A stretch of 64,000 nucleotides of DNA from an uncultured Solirubrobacteraceae bacterium (GTDB lineage: Bacteria > Actinomycetota > Thermoleophilia > Solirubrobacterales > Solirubrobacteraceae): NCBI GenBank assembly GCA_963740605.1, contig CAVUFC010000028.1:40330-104329 (forward strand), written 5' to 3'. Position numbers and translations under genes: made by a program. Within the stretch, counting starts at the first letter, position 1. Each line of letters begins with the position of its first letter. Below, piece by piece: positions 37,106 to 45,506 of this stretch. The notes below the pieces were generated by a model that was given only the letters and a program-made list of their open reading frames with translations, had not been told where the DNA came from and did no database searches.

Positions 37106-37809
37106 GGAGCGGCCATCCTACGGTTGCACTCGTACAGGGCGACGGTTGCCGCCATCGCGGCGTTCAGGGACTCGTTGGCGATCGGTATGTGCGCGACCTC
37201 GTCGCACGCCGAGAGCACCTTTGCGGGCAGACCTTCACGCTCGGCGCCGACCACGATCGTCCCCGGGACCTCGGAGATCTCGCTGAGCGGGCGGCCCGAC
37301 CGCGCGACCAGGCCGATGCGCGGGGACGGCAGGTCGGCTGGGTCGCGGACGCGCGCCACCGGCACCTCGAACAGCGCGCCCATCGACGCTCGCACGGCCT
37401 TCGGCCCGTACGGGTCGGCCGTGCCGGGCCCAAGCGCCACGCTCCCGGCCCGGAACGCCAGCGCGCTGCGCAGCACGGTGCCGACGTTGCCCGGGTCGTT
37501 GACGCCCCACAGCGCCAGGCACAGCGGCCCGACCGGCGCGGGCGCCCAGCGCTGCCCGTAGACGGCGAGCGCGCGGGTGCCCGAGCCGAGCTGGGACACG
37601 TCGGCGAGCAGGTGCGGCTTGACCTCCTCGCCGTCGAGCCCGGAGCCCTCAGCAACCAGCCGTGCCAGCGGCGCCCAGCCGGCCGCGTCGGCGGCCGCGA
37701 GCAGGTCCTCCCCCTCGGCGACGAACTCGCGCAGCTTGTCGCGCCACTTGCGACCCGCGAGCTTGCGGATCTCCTTGAGTTGGTCGTTATGGGGGCTGGA
37801 AATTGTCAA
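37102..37809 (-). CDS. TrmH/SpoU-family RNA 2'-O-methyltransferase (TsnR position)
   Basis: NDPGNVGTVLRSA, VGAEREGL, IPI...ESLNAAMAATVALYE. TTG start is uncertain. Confidence 0.8.
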   Translation of the reverse strand: MTISSPHNDQLKEIRKLAGRKWRDKLREFVAEGEDLLAAADAAGWAPLARLVAEGSGLDGEEVKPHLLADVSQLGSGTRALAVYGQRWAPAPVGPLCLALWGVNDPGNVGTVLRSALAFRAGSVALGPGTADPYGPKAVRASMGALFEVPVARVRDPADLPSPRIGLVARSGRPLSEISEVPGTIVVGAEREGLPAKVLSACDEVAHIPIANESLNAAMAATVALYECNRRMAAP

Positions 37810-37832
37810 AACTGCGTTTTCGATAGGTCATT

Positions 37833-37869
37833 AACGAGAAAGGGCGCCGCTCCGATGGGAGGGGCGCCC
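37833..37869 (-). terminator. intrinsic terminator after rplT
   Basis: Minus strand GGGCGCC-C-CTCC-CATC-GGAG-C-GGCGCCC followed by TTTCTCGTT, 22 nt after the rplT stop. Confidence 0.55.
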
Positions 37870-37891
37870 GGAAGCGGGGGTGTCGGCGGAC

Positions 37892-38251
37892 TCAGGCCGC
37901 TGACGCCTCGCGGGCGCTTTCGGCGAATCGGCGGAACGTCTCGGGGTCGCGCACGGCGATGTCGGCCAGCACCTTGCGGTCGATCTCGATGCCGGCGAGC
38001 TTCATACCGTGCATGAACGTGGAGTAGCTCATCCCGTTCTGGCGCGCTGCCGCGTTGATGCGGGTGATCCACAGCCGGCGGAAATCGCGCTTGCGATTGC
38101 GGCGGTCGCGGTAGGCGTAGGCATCGGCCTTCATGACCGCTTCCTTGGCCCGCTTGTACGACGAGTTCGCCTCGCCGCGGAAGCCCTTGGCCCGCTCGAG
38201 GACGGCGCGGCGCTTCTTGCGCGCGTGGACGGAGCGCTTGACGCGGGTCAT
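37892..38251 (-). CDS. rplT: 50S ribosomal protein L20
   Basis: [26 protein letters not shown]... Confidence 0.95.
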   Translation of the reverse strand: MTRVKRSVHARKKRRAVLERAKGFRGEANSSYKRAKEAVMKADAYAYRDRRNRKRDFRRLWITRINAAARQNGMSYSTFMHGMKLAGIEIDRKVLADIAVRDPETFRRFAESAREASAA

Positions 38252-38451
38252 CGCCCGTTCCCTCCGAGCAGCTTGGTGACCACCTTGCGATCGGCCTTGG
38301 AGATGTCGCGGTCCAGCCCGAACGAGCGCTTGCGCTTCGGCGACTTCTTCTCGAGGAAGTGGCTCGAGAAGGCGTGGCGGGCCTTGAGCTTGCCCGTCCC
38401 GGTCTTCTTGAAGCGCTTCTTCGCGCCCGAGTGCGACTTCATCTTCGGCAT
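38248..38451 (-). CDS. rpmI: 50S ribosomal protein L35
   Basis: [27 protein letters not shown]... ATGA overlap with rplT. Confidence 0.93.
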   Translation of the reverse strand: MPKMKSHSGAKKRFKKTGTGKLKARHAFSSHFLEKKSPKRKRSFGLDRDISKADRKVVTKLLGGNGR

Positions 38452-38462
38452 ATCGGGCGCCG

Positions 38463-38468
38463 AGTATA
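38463..38468 (-). promoter_or_regulatory. candidate -10 hexamer TATACT 11 nt upstream of the rpmI ATG (near-leaderless transcript)
   Basis: Minus strand ...GGCTCTCTATACTCGGCGCCCGAT-ATG. No Shine-Dalgarno sequence in between. Confidence 0.25.
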
Positions 38469-38595
38469 GAGAGCCGGTGTCCACGGCCCGCCTGAACCGT
38501 GCCGTGACTTTCGATCACCGACAGCAGAGTTCTGCCTACCGCTCGCCTAAATGGCAGGTGTGGCCTAGACTCCTCGAGGGGACCCCGCGATCAAG

Positions 38596-38850
38596 GTGCC
38601 CCCGCTGGCGATCGGCTCGCGGCTGGTGCGCAAGAAACTCGGATTTCGCACACTGCTCGACGTGATCCCGCTCGACGCATCGCTGGTGAAGGGCTCGCAC
38701 GGCCGCATCCCCGACGATCCGGCCAAGGGCCCGCTGCTGATGACGCGCCATCCCGACCTGCTGGGCGACGGCGAGGTCGCCGCCACCGACGTGCACGACG
38801 TGATCCTCCGCCACCACGGCGTGCCGGTGCGGGAGGTGGCCGCCCGGTGA
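38596..38850 (+). pseudogene. C-terminal remnant of an alkaline-phosphatase-superfamily (nucleotide pyrophosphatase/phosphodiesterase-like) gene
   Basis: 84-aa ORF. FRTLLDVIPLDASLVKGSHGRIPDDP resembles the extreme C-terminus of ~450-aa AP-family proteins. No upstream coding sequence for the catalytic domain. Confidence 0.4.
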
Positions 38851-39845
38851 CGACGCTCGGCCGCAAGGCCGACCACCTGCGGATCGCCGCGCGGCCCGAT
38901 GTCGAGCACACGGGCAGCACCGGCTTCGCGGCGCTGCGTCTGCGGCACCGCGCGCTGCCCGAGCGCGACCTCGACGAGGTGTCGCTGGAGACGACGCTGC
39001 TCGGCAAGGAGCTGGCCGCCCCGCTGGTCGTGTCGGCGATGACCGGCGGCACCGACGAGGCGGCGGAGATCAACGCCCGGCTGGCACGCGCGGCCTGCGA
39101 GCAAGGGCTCGCGCTGGTGCTCGGATCCGGTCGCGCGCTGCTCGACGACCCGGAGCTGCTCCCGACCTATCGCAGCGGCGACCGCCCTCCACTGCTGCTC
39201 GGCAACCTCGGCGCGGCGCAGGTGCGCCTGGCGGACGCGCCGACGCGGGCGGAGCGGCTGATCGAGCTGCTCGACGCCGACGGGCTGACGATCCACCTGA
39301 ACCCGATCCAGGAAGCCGTGCAGCCCGAGGGCGAGCCGCGCTTTGTGGGCGTCGCGGCCGGGATCGCCGCCGTCGCCGCGCACCTGGCACCGCTGCCGGT
39401 GCTGGTCAAGGAGGTCGGCTTCGGGATGGACGCGGCCGACGTGATGCTGCTGCGCGACGCCGGCGTCGCGGCGATCGACGTCGCCGGTGCCGGCGGCACC
39501 AACTGGGCGCTCGTCGAGGGTCACCGTGACGAGCGCGCCGGCGACGTCGCGGCGGCGTTCTCCGACTGGGGCGTACCCACCGCCACCGCGCTGGCCGAAG
39601 CCCACGCCGCCGCGCCCGACCTGCCGCTGATCGCCTCCGGCGGCCTGCGTGACGGTGTCGACGCCGCCAAGGCGCTCGCGCTGGGAGCGCGCGCCGCCGG
39701 GCTCGCGCGCCCGTTCCTGCTCGCCGCGCGGGCCGACCGCACGTCCGAGACCGCGGCGACTCTGGTCCGCCAGCTGCGCATCGCAGTCTGGGCCGTGGGC
39801 GCGGGCAGCCCCCCCGAGCTGTCACCGGCGCATCTGCGCATGTAG
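38847..39845 (+). CDS. fni: type 2 (FMN-dependent) isopentenyl-diphosphate delta-isomerase
   Basis: KADHLRIA..., PLVVSAMTGG, IHLNPIQEAVQPEG, VKEVGFGM, ASGGLRDGVD. Confidence 0.85.
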   Translation: MTTLGRKADHLRIAARPDVEHTGSTGFAALRLRHRALPERDLDEVSLETTLLGKELAAPLVVSAMTGGTDEAAEINARLARAACEQGLALVLGSGRALLDDPELLPTYRSGDRPPLLLGNLGAAQVRLADAPTRAERLIELLDADGLTIHLNPIQEAVQPEGEPRFVGVAAGIAAVAAHLAPLPVLVKEVGFGMDAADVMLLRDAGVAAIDVAGAGGTNWALVEGHRDERAGDVAAAFSDWGVPTATALAEAHAAAPDLPLIASGGLRDGVDAAKALALGARAAGLARPFLLAARADRTSETAATLVRQLRIAVWAVGAGSPPELSPAHLRM

Positions 39846-39856
39846 CGTCCGCGCGC

Positions 39857-40759
39857 ATGGGAGAGCGAGCGCTGCAGACACTGCTGGACGGCGGGTCCTT
39901 CTTCGAGAGCCCGCGCTGGCACGAGGGACGCTGGTGGGTGTCGGACTTCTACAACGAGCGCGTGCTCGCCGTGGACACGGACGGGCGCGCCGAAGACGTC
40001 ATGATCATCCCCGAGCGGCCGTCGGGCCTTGGCTGGATGCCGGACGGGTCGATGCTCGTGGTCTCGATGCGCGACCACAAGATCCTGCGGCGGTCGCCGG
40101 ACGGCGCGGTGAGCGAGCACGCCGACGTCAGCGAGCACTGCGGCGGGGTGCTCAACGACATGGTCGTCGACTCGCGCGGCCGCGCGTACGTGGGCAACTT
40201 CGGCTTCGACCTGATGAACGGCGGTGACCCGGTCCCGGCGAACCTCGTCCGCGTCGACCCGGACGGGAGCGCCACGGTCGTGGCCGAGGAGATGCTGTTC
40301 CCGAACGGCTCGGTGGTCACGCCGGACGGCCGGACGCTGATCGTCGGCGAGACCGCCGGCGCTCGCTACACGGCGTTCACGATCGCCGACGACGGGTCGC
40401 TGACCGAGCGGCGGATCTGGGCCCAGGTCGCCGAGACGCCGCCGATCACGACGCTCCAGGAGACGCTCGGAAAGCTCAAGTTCGGCCCGGACGGCTGCGG
40501 GCTCGACGCCGAGGAGCACATCTGGTCGGCCGACGAGGTCGGCGCCCGCTGCGTGCGCCTCGCGCCCGGCGGCGAGATCGTCGAGGAGATCCGCATGCCC
40601 GAAGGGCTCGACGTGTTCGCTTGCATGCTCGGCGGCGACGACGGCCGCACGCTGCTGATGTGCGCCGCGCCGGACTTCCTCGAGCACAACCGCATCGGCG
40701 CCACCGACGCCGTCCTGCTCACGACGACGGTCGACGTCCCGCACGCCGGGTTGCCGTAA
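39857..40759 (+). CDS. SMP-30/gluconolactonase/LRE-family beta-propeller protein
   Basis: ESPRWHEGRWWVSDF, NDMVVDSRGRAYVGNFGFD, FPNGSVVTPDGRTLIVGET. Confidence 0.8.
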   Translation: MGERALQTLLDGGSFFESPRWHEGRWWVSDFYNERVLAVDTDGRAEDVMIIPERPSGLGWMPDGSMLVVSMRDHKILRRSPDGAVSEHADVSEHCGGVLNDMVVDSRGRAYVGNFGFDLMNGGDPVPANLVRVDPDGSATVVAEEMLFPNGSVVTPDGRTLIVGETAGARYTAFTIADDGSLTERRIWAQVAETPPITTLQETLGKLKFGPDGCGLDAEEHIWSADEVGARCVRLAPGGEIVEEIRMPEGLDVFACMLGGDDGRTLLMCAAPDFLEHNRIGATDAVLLTTTVDVPHAGLP

Positions 40760-40804
40760 CCGGATTGAAGGCGGCGTGCAGGCGGCGTGGCCGAGTCTGC
40801 GGCC

Positions 40805-41233
40805 ATGACCTCCTTCACTCCCCGCATCATCACCATCGCCCTCGCGATCCTTGCCTTCGCGGCCCCCGTGGCCGGCGCGGCCCCGATCCGCGACGGCAGC
40901 CCGCCCATCACGCGTCCCAATCAGCGCGCGCACGTCTACGTCATCCCGGCGTCGGCGTTCAAGCAGCAGCCGGCGACCACGGCGGCGGCGCACCAGGCGA
41001 AGCCGTCCGTCTCCGGCACCGGCGACCGCTCGGCGCACGTCTACGTGATCCCGGCGTCGGCGTTCAAGCAGCAGCCGGCGACCACGGTGGCGACGCACCA
41101 CGCGAAGCCGTCCGTCTCCGGCGACAGCGACCCCTCGCCGCTCGTCTACATCTTGCCGAGCCTCGCGCTCATCGCGATGTTCGGTGCCGCGGCCGTGTAC
41201 GTCCGCGGCTCGCGCCAGCCCGCGCAGATCTGA
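40805..41233 (+). CDS. small secreted/anchored repeat protein, paralogue A
   Basis: Signal peptide MTSFTPRIITIALAILAFAAPVAGA, 2 x 35-aa repeat, C-terminal PSPLVYILPSLALIAMFGAAAVYVRGSR. Confidence 0.6.
   Translation: MTSFTPRIITIALAILAFAAPVAGAAPIRDGSPPITRPNQRAHVYVIPASAFKQQPATTAAAHQAKPSVSGTGDRSAHVYVIPASAFKQQPATTVATHHAKPSVSGDSDPSPLVYILPSLALIAMFGAAAVYVRGSRQPAQI
40928..41137. repeat. 2 x 105-bp tandem coding repeat
   Basis: AHVYVIPASAFKQQPATT(A/V)A(A/T)H(Q/H)AKPSVSG... encoded twice, at 40928-41032 and 41033-41137. Confidence 0.85.
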
Positions 41234-41294
41234 CGCTCCGGCGAATCCCGGCGCGGTCTCCGCCGCGCCGGGGTCGCCCGGGGGTACGCTCCGC

Positions 41295-44132
41295 GTGAGC
41301 GTGCTCGACATCGGGATCCTGGGACCGTTGGAGGTCCGGCACGAGGGTCGTGCCCTGGATCTCGGCGGGCCACGGGGGCGGACGCTGCTCGGCGTGCTGG
41401 TCGTGCGCGGCAGGATGAGCGCCGACGAGCTGATCGAGGCGCTGTGGGGCGACGATGCGCCGCCGACCGCACCAAAGGCGCTGCAGGTGACCGTGTCGCG
41501 GCTGCGCCGGGCGCTCGGGCCCGCGGCGGACCGGCTCGAGACGACGGGCGACGGCTACCGCCTCGGCATCGAGCCCGGAGAGCTCGACGCCGACCGGTTC
41601 GAGCAGGCCTGCCGACAGGGCATCGAGCTGCCGCCACGCGAGGCCGCGGTCGTGTTACGGGAGGCGCTCGCGCTGTGGCGCGGGCCCGCGCTCGCCGACC
41701 AGCGCTACGAGGCGTGGGCGCAGCCGGAGATCCGCCGGCTCGAAGAACTGCGAGGGCTCGCCATCGAGGAGCGCGTGAAGGCCGACCTCGCGCTCGGCGA
41801 GTCCGCACGTCTTGTCGGTGAGCTGGAGGCGCTGGTGGCCGAGCATCCGCACCGCGAGCGCCTGCGCGCGCAGCAGATGCTCGCGCTGTACCGCTCCGGC
41901 CGCCATGCCGACGCGCTCGCCGCCTACCGTGACGCCCGCGCCGCGTTCGGCGAGCTGGGCCTCGAGCCCGGCCCGGACCTGCGCGCGCTCGAGCAGGCGA
42001 TCCTCACGCATGACCCGTCGCTGGCGGCGCCGGCGGTCACCGCGCCTGGGATCCCGCCGGCCCCTCCCACGCCCACGTTCGGCCGCGACGATGACCTGCG
42101 CGACGTCCTCGCAGGGCTCGACGGCACACGGCTGCTCACGCTCACCGGGCCCGGTGGCGTCGGCAAGACCCGGCTCGCGATCGAGGTCGCGCGCGCGGCC
42201 GACGGCCGCTTCGTCTCGCTGGCCTCGACCTCCGATGCCGAACGGATCCCGTCGCTGATCTGCGACGCTCTCGCGGTCGCCCGCGTCCCGGGCGAGACCG
42301 ACCGTGAGGCGCTCGACCGCGCGCTCGGCCGCGGATCGCTGCTGCTCGTACTCGACAACCTCGAGCACCTCGCGGACGCCCCGCCGCTGCTGGCCGAGCT
42401 GCTCGACACCCACCCGAATCTCCGACTCCTCGCGACGAGCCGCCAGCCGATCGGCATCCGCGCCGAGCGGCTGTCCCCCGTGCCGCCGCTCGTACCCGGC
42501 GCGGACGCCGCGTTGTTTGCGGACCGCGCCCGCGCGCACGACCCCGCCTTCGCCATCGACGACGACAACGCCGCCGCGGTCACGACGATCTGCGAGCGGC
42601 TCGCGGGGATGCCACTGGCGATCGAGCTCGCCGCCGCACGGCTCGGCGTGCTCTCACCCGCCGACCTCGCCGACCGGCTGTCCGCGGCCCTGGGCGTCCT
42701 CGACCGCGGCCCGCACGACGCGCCGCCGCGGCAACGGACGCTGCGCGCGACGCTCGACTGGAGCTACGACCTGCTCGACGACGAAGAGCAGCGGGCGTTC
42801 ATCGCGCTCGGGGTCTTCGCCGGCGGTTGCGAGCTCGATGCGGCCGAGGCGGTGACGGGCGCCGGTCTCGACGTCCTCGAGAGCCTCGTCGCGAAGAGCC
42901 TCGTGACGGCCCGCGCGGGCCGGCTGGGAATGCTCGAGCCCGTCCGCCAGTACGCCGCCGAACGGCTGGCCGCGAGCCCGGATCTCGACGCGATCCACGC
43001 CCGCCATCTCGGCCACTACCTGGCGCTCGCGAGGCGCGCCGAGCCCGACATCTTCACGCGCGGCCGGTCCTCCCCACTCCTCCCGGTCCTTCATCGCGAG
43101 CGAGACAACCTCGACGTCGCGTTCGAACGCGCGATCATCGCGCGGCCGATCGACGCCCTCGCGCTGGCGGGCGAGCTCTCGCCGTACGGCTGGAACGCGC
43201 ACGCCGCCGAGCAGGTCGGTCGCCGGTGCGAGCGCGCCCTGAACGCCGCCGGCGAGGACGCCCCGGCGGAGCTCCGCGCCCGCGCACTGCTCGCCGCCGG
43301 CAACAACAACGCGGCATACATGACCGATCCGGAGTTCGTCTCCGCCGCGCTCGCCCTCTTCCGCGAGCTCGGCGACGAGCGCTGGATCGTGCGGAGCCTG
43401 CTGGCACTGAGCAACGCCCGCAGCGTCCGCGGCGACTACGACGAGGGACGGCGCGCCGCCGAGGAGGCGTTCGCGATCGCGCGTCGGCTCGAAGACCCCG
43501 GGCTGATCGCCGAGGCGGTCGGTCAGGTCGCGCTCTCGATCGACGGGGTCGAAGAGGCGTTGCCGCTCATCGTCGAGGCCGCAGACCGGTGCCGCAGCGT
43601 CGGAGCTGTGGCACGAGCCGCGGGGCTGCTGTCGACCGCCGGGATGGCCGCGCTGCGCGAGGACGCGTACGAGCGATCCGAGCAGTTGCAGCGCGACGCG
43701 CTCGAATTCGCGCTCGAGACCGGCGATCCCAACGTCATCGCGCTCGTGCAGGGAAACCTCGGGCTCGCGGCCTTGCTCGGCGGGCGCCTCGAAGCGGCGC
43801 GTCCGGCATTCCGGGACGAGCTCGTGATGGCGCACGAACACGCGCTCGCGATGTTCTACATGGAAGGGCTGCTCGGGCTCGCCGCGCTCGCCGCGGCGGA
43901 CGGGAACGACCATTTCGCCGCAGTTCTGCACGGCGCCGCCTGGGAGCTGAACGACCGCCCGATCTACCCCTCAGAGGCACCCGTGTACGAGCGCGTCGAG
44001 CAGCGTTTCATCGCCCCCGCTCGCGGGCGGCTCGGCGAGCCGGCGTGGGCGGCAGCGCAGGCCGAGGGCCGCGCGATGACGGTCGCGGATGCGGTGGGTT
44101 ACGCGCTGCGACCGGCGCTGTTACCGCACTGA
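41295..44132 (+). CDS. SARP/AfsR-type regulator (OmpR-like wHTH + BTAD + NB-ARC ATPase + TPR)
   Basis: ILGPLEVRHEGRALDLGGPRGRTLLGVLV, LWRGPALAD, Walker A GPGGVGKTRLA, LLVLDNLEH, long helical C-terminus. Confidence 0.85.
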   Translation: MSVLDIGILGPLEVRHEGRALDLGGPRGRTLLGVLVVRGRMSADELIEALWGDDAPPTAPKALQVTVSRLRRALGPAADRLETTGDGYRLGIEPGELDADRFEQACRQGIELPPREAAVVLREALALWRGPALADQRYEAWAQPEIRRLEELRGLAIEERVKADLALGESARLVGELEALVAEHPHRERLRAQQMLALYRSGRHADALAAYRDARAAFGELGLEPGPDLRALEQAILTHDPSLAAPAVTAPGIPPAPPTPTFGRDDDLRDVLAGLDGTRLLTLTGPGGVGKTRLAIEVARAADGRFVSLASTSDAERIPSLICDALAVARVPGETDREALDRALGRGSLLLVLDNLEHLADAPPLLAELLDTHPNLRLLATSRQPIGIRAERLSPVPPLVPGADAALFADRARAHDPAFAIDDDNAAAVTTICERLAGMPLAIELAAARLGVLSPADLADRLSAALGVLDRGPHDAPPRQRTLRATLDWSYDLLDDEEQRAFIALGVFAGGCELDAAEAVTGAGLDVLESLVAKSLVTARAGRLGMLEPVRQYAAERLAASPDLDAIHARHLGHYLALARRAEPDIFTRGRSSPLLPVLHRERDNLDVAFERAIIARPIDALALAGELSPYGWNAHAAEQVGRRCERALNAAGEDAPAELRARALLAAGNNNAAYMTDPEFVSAALALFRELGDERWIVRSLLALSNARSVRGDYDEGRRAAEEAFAIARRLEDPGLIAEAVGQVALSIDGVEEALPLIVEAADRCRSVGAVARAAGLLSTAGMAALREDAYERSEQLQRDALEFALETGDPNVIALVQGNLGLAALLGGRLEAARPAFRDELVMAHEHALAMFYMEGLLGLAALAAADGNDHFAAVLHGAAWELNDRPIYPSEAPVYERVEQRFIAPARGRLGEPAWAAAQAEGRAMTVADAVGYALRPALLPH

Positions 44133-44169
44133 AAGCGTGCGGTTACCGCCGTCTCGGAGGCTGCCGTCC

Positions 44170-44655
44170 ATGACCTCCACCACCCGCATCATCACCACCG
44201 CCCTCGCGATGCTCGCGATCGCCGTCCCCGCGGCGAGCGCGATGCCCATGTACGAGCACGGCGACACCACCGCCACCGGCCGGAGCAGCGCCGACATCCG
44301 CACGTCCAGCCTCGCCGGCACCACGTCGGCGCCGGTGCAGGACCTGCGCAACGCCGACGAGCGTGCCCCGCAGCCGGCCGAGCCGACGCAGGACCTCCGC
44401 AACCCGGACAACCGCGCCCCCGGCGTCGAGGCCGCCCCGGCCCCGACCGACACGAGCCGCGTCCCGGTCCAGCAGTCGCCTTACTCGCCGGCGCAGCTCA
44501 AGCCGATCTCGACCCCGCAGGCGGCCCCCGTCGCCGATGACGGACCGTCCCCGTTCGTCTACATCATCCCGAGCGTCGTGCTGATCGCACTGCTCGGCGC
44601 GGGATTCGCGTTCATCAAGACCACCTCGCGGCCCGTCCGCCGGTCGGCTGCCTGA
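44170..44655 (+). CDS. small secreted/anchored repeat protein, paralogue B
   Basis: MTSTTRIITTALAMLAIAVPAASA, QDLRN(A/P)D(E/N)RAP x2, C-terminal PSPFVYIIPSVVLIALLGAGFAFIKTTSRPVRR. Confidence 0.6.
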   Translation: MTSTTRIITTALAMLAIAVPAASAMPMYEHGDTTATGRSSADIRTSSLAGTTSAPVQDLRNADERAPQPAEPTQDLRNPDNRAPGVEAAPAPTDTSRVPVQQSPYSPAQLKPISTPQAAPVADDGPSPFVYIIPSVVLIALLGAGFAFIKTTSRPVRRSAA

Positions 44656-44682
44656 CAGACAGCGATCGCTAGCGTCAGCAGG

Positions 44683-45453
44683 GTGAAGGTCGAGCTGGGA
44701 GGCGTGCCGGAAACCCTGCTGTGGACGCTGTACCACCGTTCGATCGAAGCGCGGCGGCCCGATGCGATCCTCACGGATCCTCGGGCCGTCGCGCTCGTCG
44801 ACGAGATCGACTATGCGTTCGCGGCGCGCTTCGGCGGCGGCGAGGGCGCGCTCTCGCAGGGGCAGGCACTGCGCGTCCGGCGGTTCGACGGCGAGGTGCG
44901 GCGCTTCCTCTCCCAGCATCCCGACGGCGCCGTCGTCGCGCTCGGCGAAGGGCTCGAGACCCAGTTCTGGCGGGTCGACAACGGCCGCGTGTCCTGGATC
45001 ACCGTCGATGTGCCGGAGGCGATCGAGGTCCGCGAGCGGCTGCTCGAACCAGGCGAACGCCAGACCCTGATCGCCGGCTCCGCACTCGACGAGGACTGGA
45101 TGGACGAGGTCGACGCCTCACGCGGCCTGCTCATCACCGCCCAGGGCCTGCTCATGTACTTCAACTTCGACGACGTCGAGCGACTCGTCGCCGACTGCCG
45201 GCAGCGGTTCCCGGGCGCCACGCTCGTGTTCGACGCGATGCCGGGCTGGCTCAGCAAGGCGAGCCAGCGGGGCAAGCTCGGCGACCCGGATCACTACCAG
45301 CCGCCGGCCTGGCACTGGGGCATGGACTACGACAAGCGGCGCCGGCTCGGCGCCGAACGGTTGCGGCTCCCACGCGGACGGGGGGTCTTCTTCGGCTACG
45401 TCGCCCCGCTGCTCCGGCTCGGCCTCGTCCAGATCTTCCGCGTGCGCCTGTAG
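44683..45453 (+). CDS. class I SAM-dependent methyltransferase, LCM/TcmP-like O-methyltransferase family
   Basis: ETLLWTLYHRSIEARRPDAILTDPRAVALV, VVALGEGLETQFWR, ITAQGLLMYF. Confidence 0.75.
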   Translation: MKVELGGVPETLLWTLYHRSIEARRPDAILTDPRAVALVDEIDYAFAARFGGGEGALSQGQALRVRRFDGEVRRFLSQHPDGAVVALGEGLETQFWRVDNGRVSWITVDVPEAIEVRERLLEPGERQTLIAGSALDEDWMDEVDASRGLLITAQGLLMYFNFDDVERLVADCRQRFPGATLVFDAMPGWLSKASQRGKLGDPDHYQPPAWHWGMDYDKRRRLGAERLRLPRGRGVFFGYVAPLLRLGLVQIFRVRL

Positions 45454-45506
45454 CGGACGTCCACGCCGCCCCGCAGCGCGATGGCTGCGGAGCGGGGGAC
45501 TTGGCT

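Noticed and set aside
38847-45453. The insert between rpmI and infC considered as a secondary-metabolite gene cluster (SARP, TcmP-like methyltransferase, IPP isomerase).
   Set aside because: No core biosynthetic enzyme is present (no PKS, NRPS, terpene synthase/cyclase, prenyltransferase or RiPP maturase). The evidence is insufficient to call a cluster.
38477-45476. Possible att-like boundary repeat of the insert (GTCCACGGCCCGCC near 38479 and GTCCACGCCGCCCCGC near 45459).
   Set aside because: Only a 7-nt exact core followed by gapped GC-rich similarity. This is expected by chance at this GC content, and there is no integrase or tRNA.
45454-45506. Hairpin CCGCAGC-gcgatg-GCTGCGG between the convergent methyltransferase and infC, considered as a bidirectional terminator.
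   Set aside because: The stem is only 7 bp with no U-tract on either strand. It is too weak to annotate.
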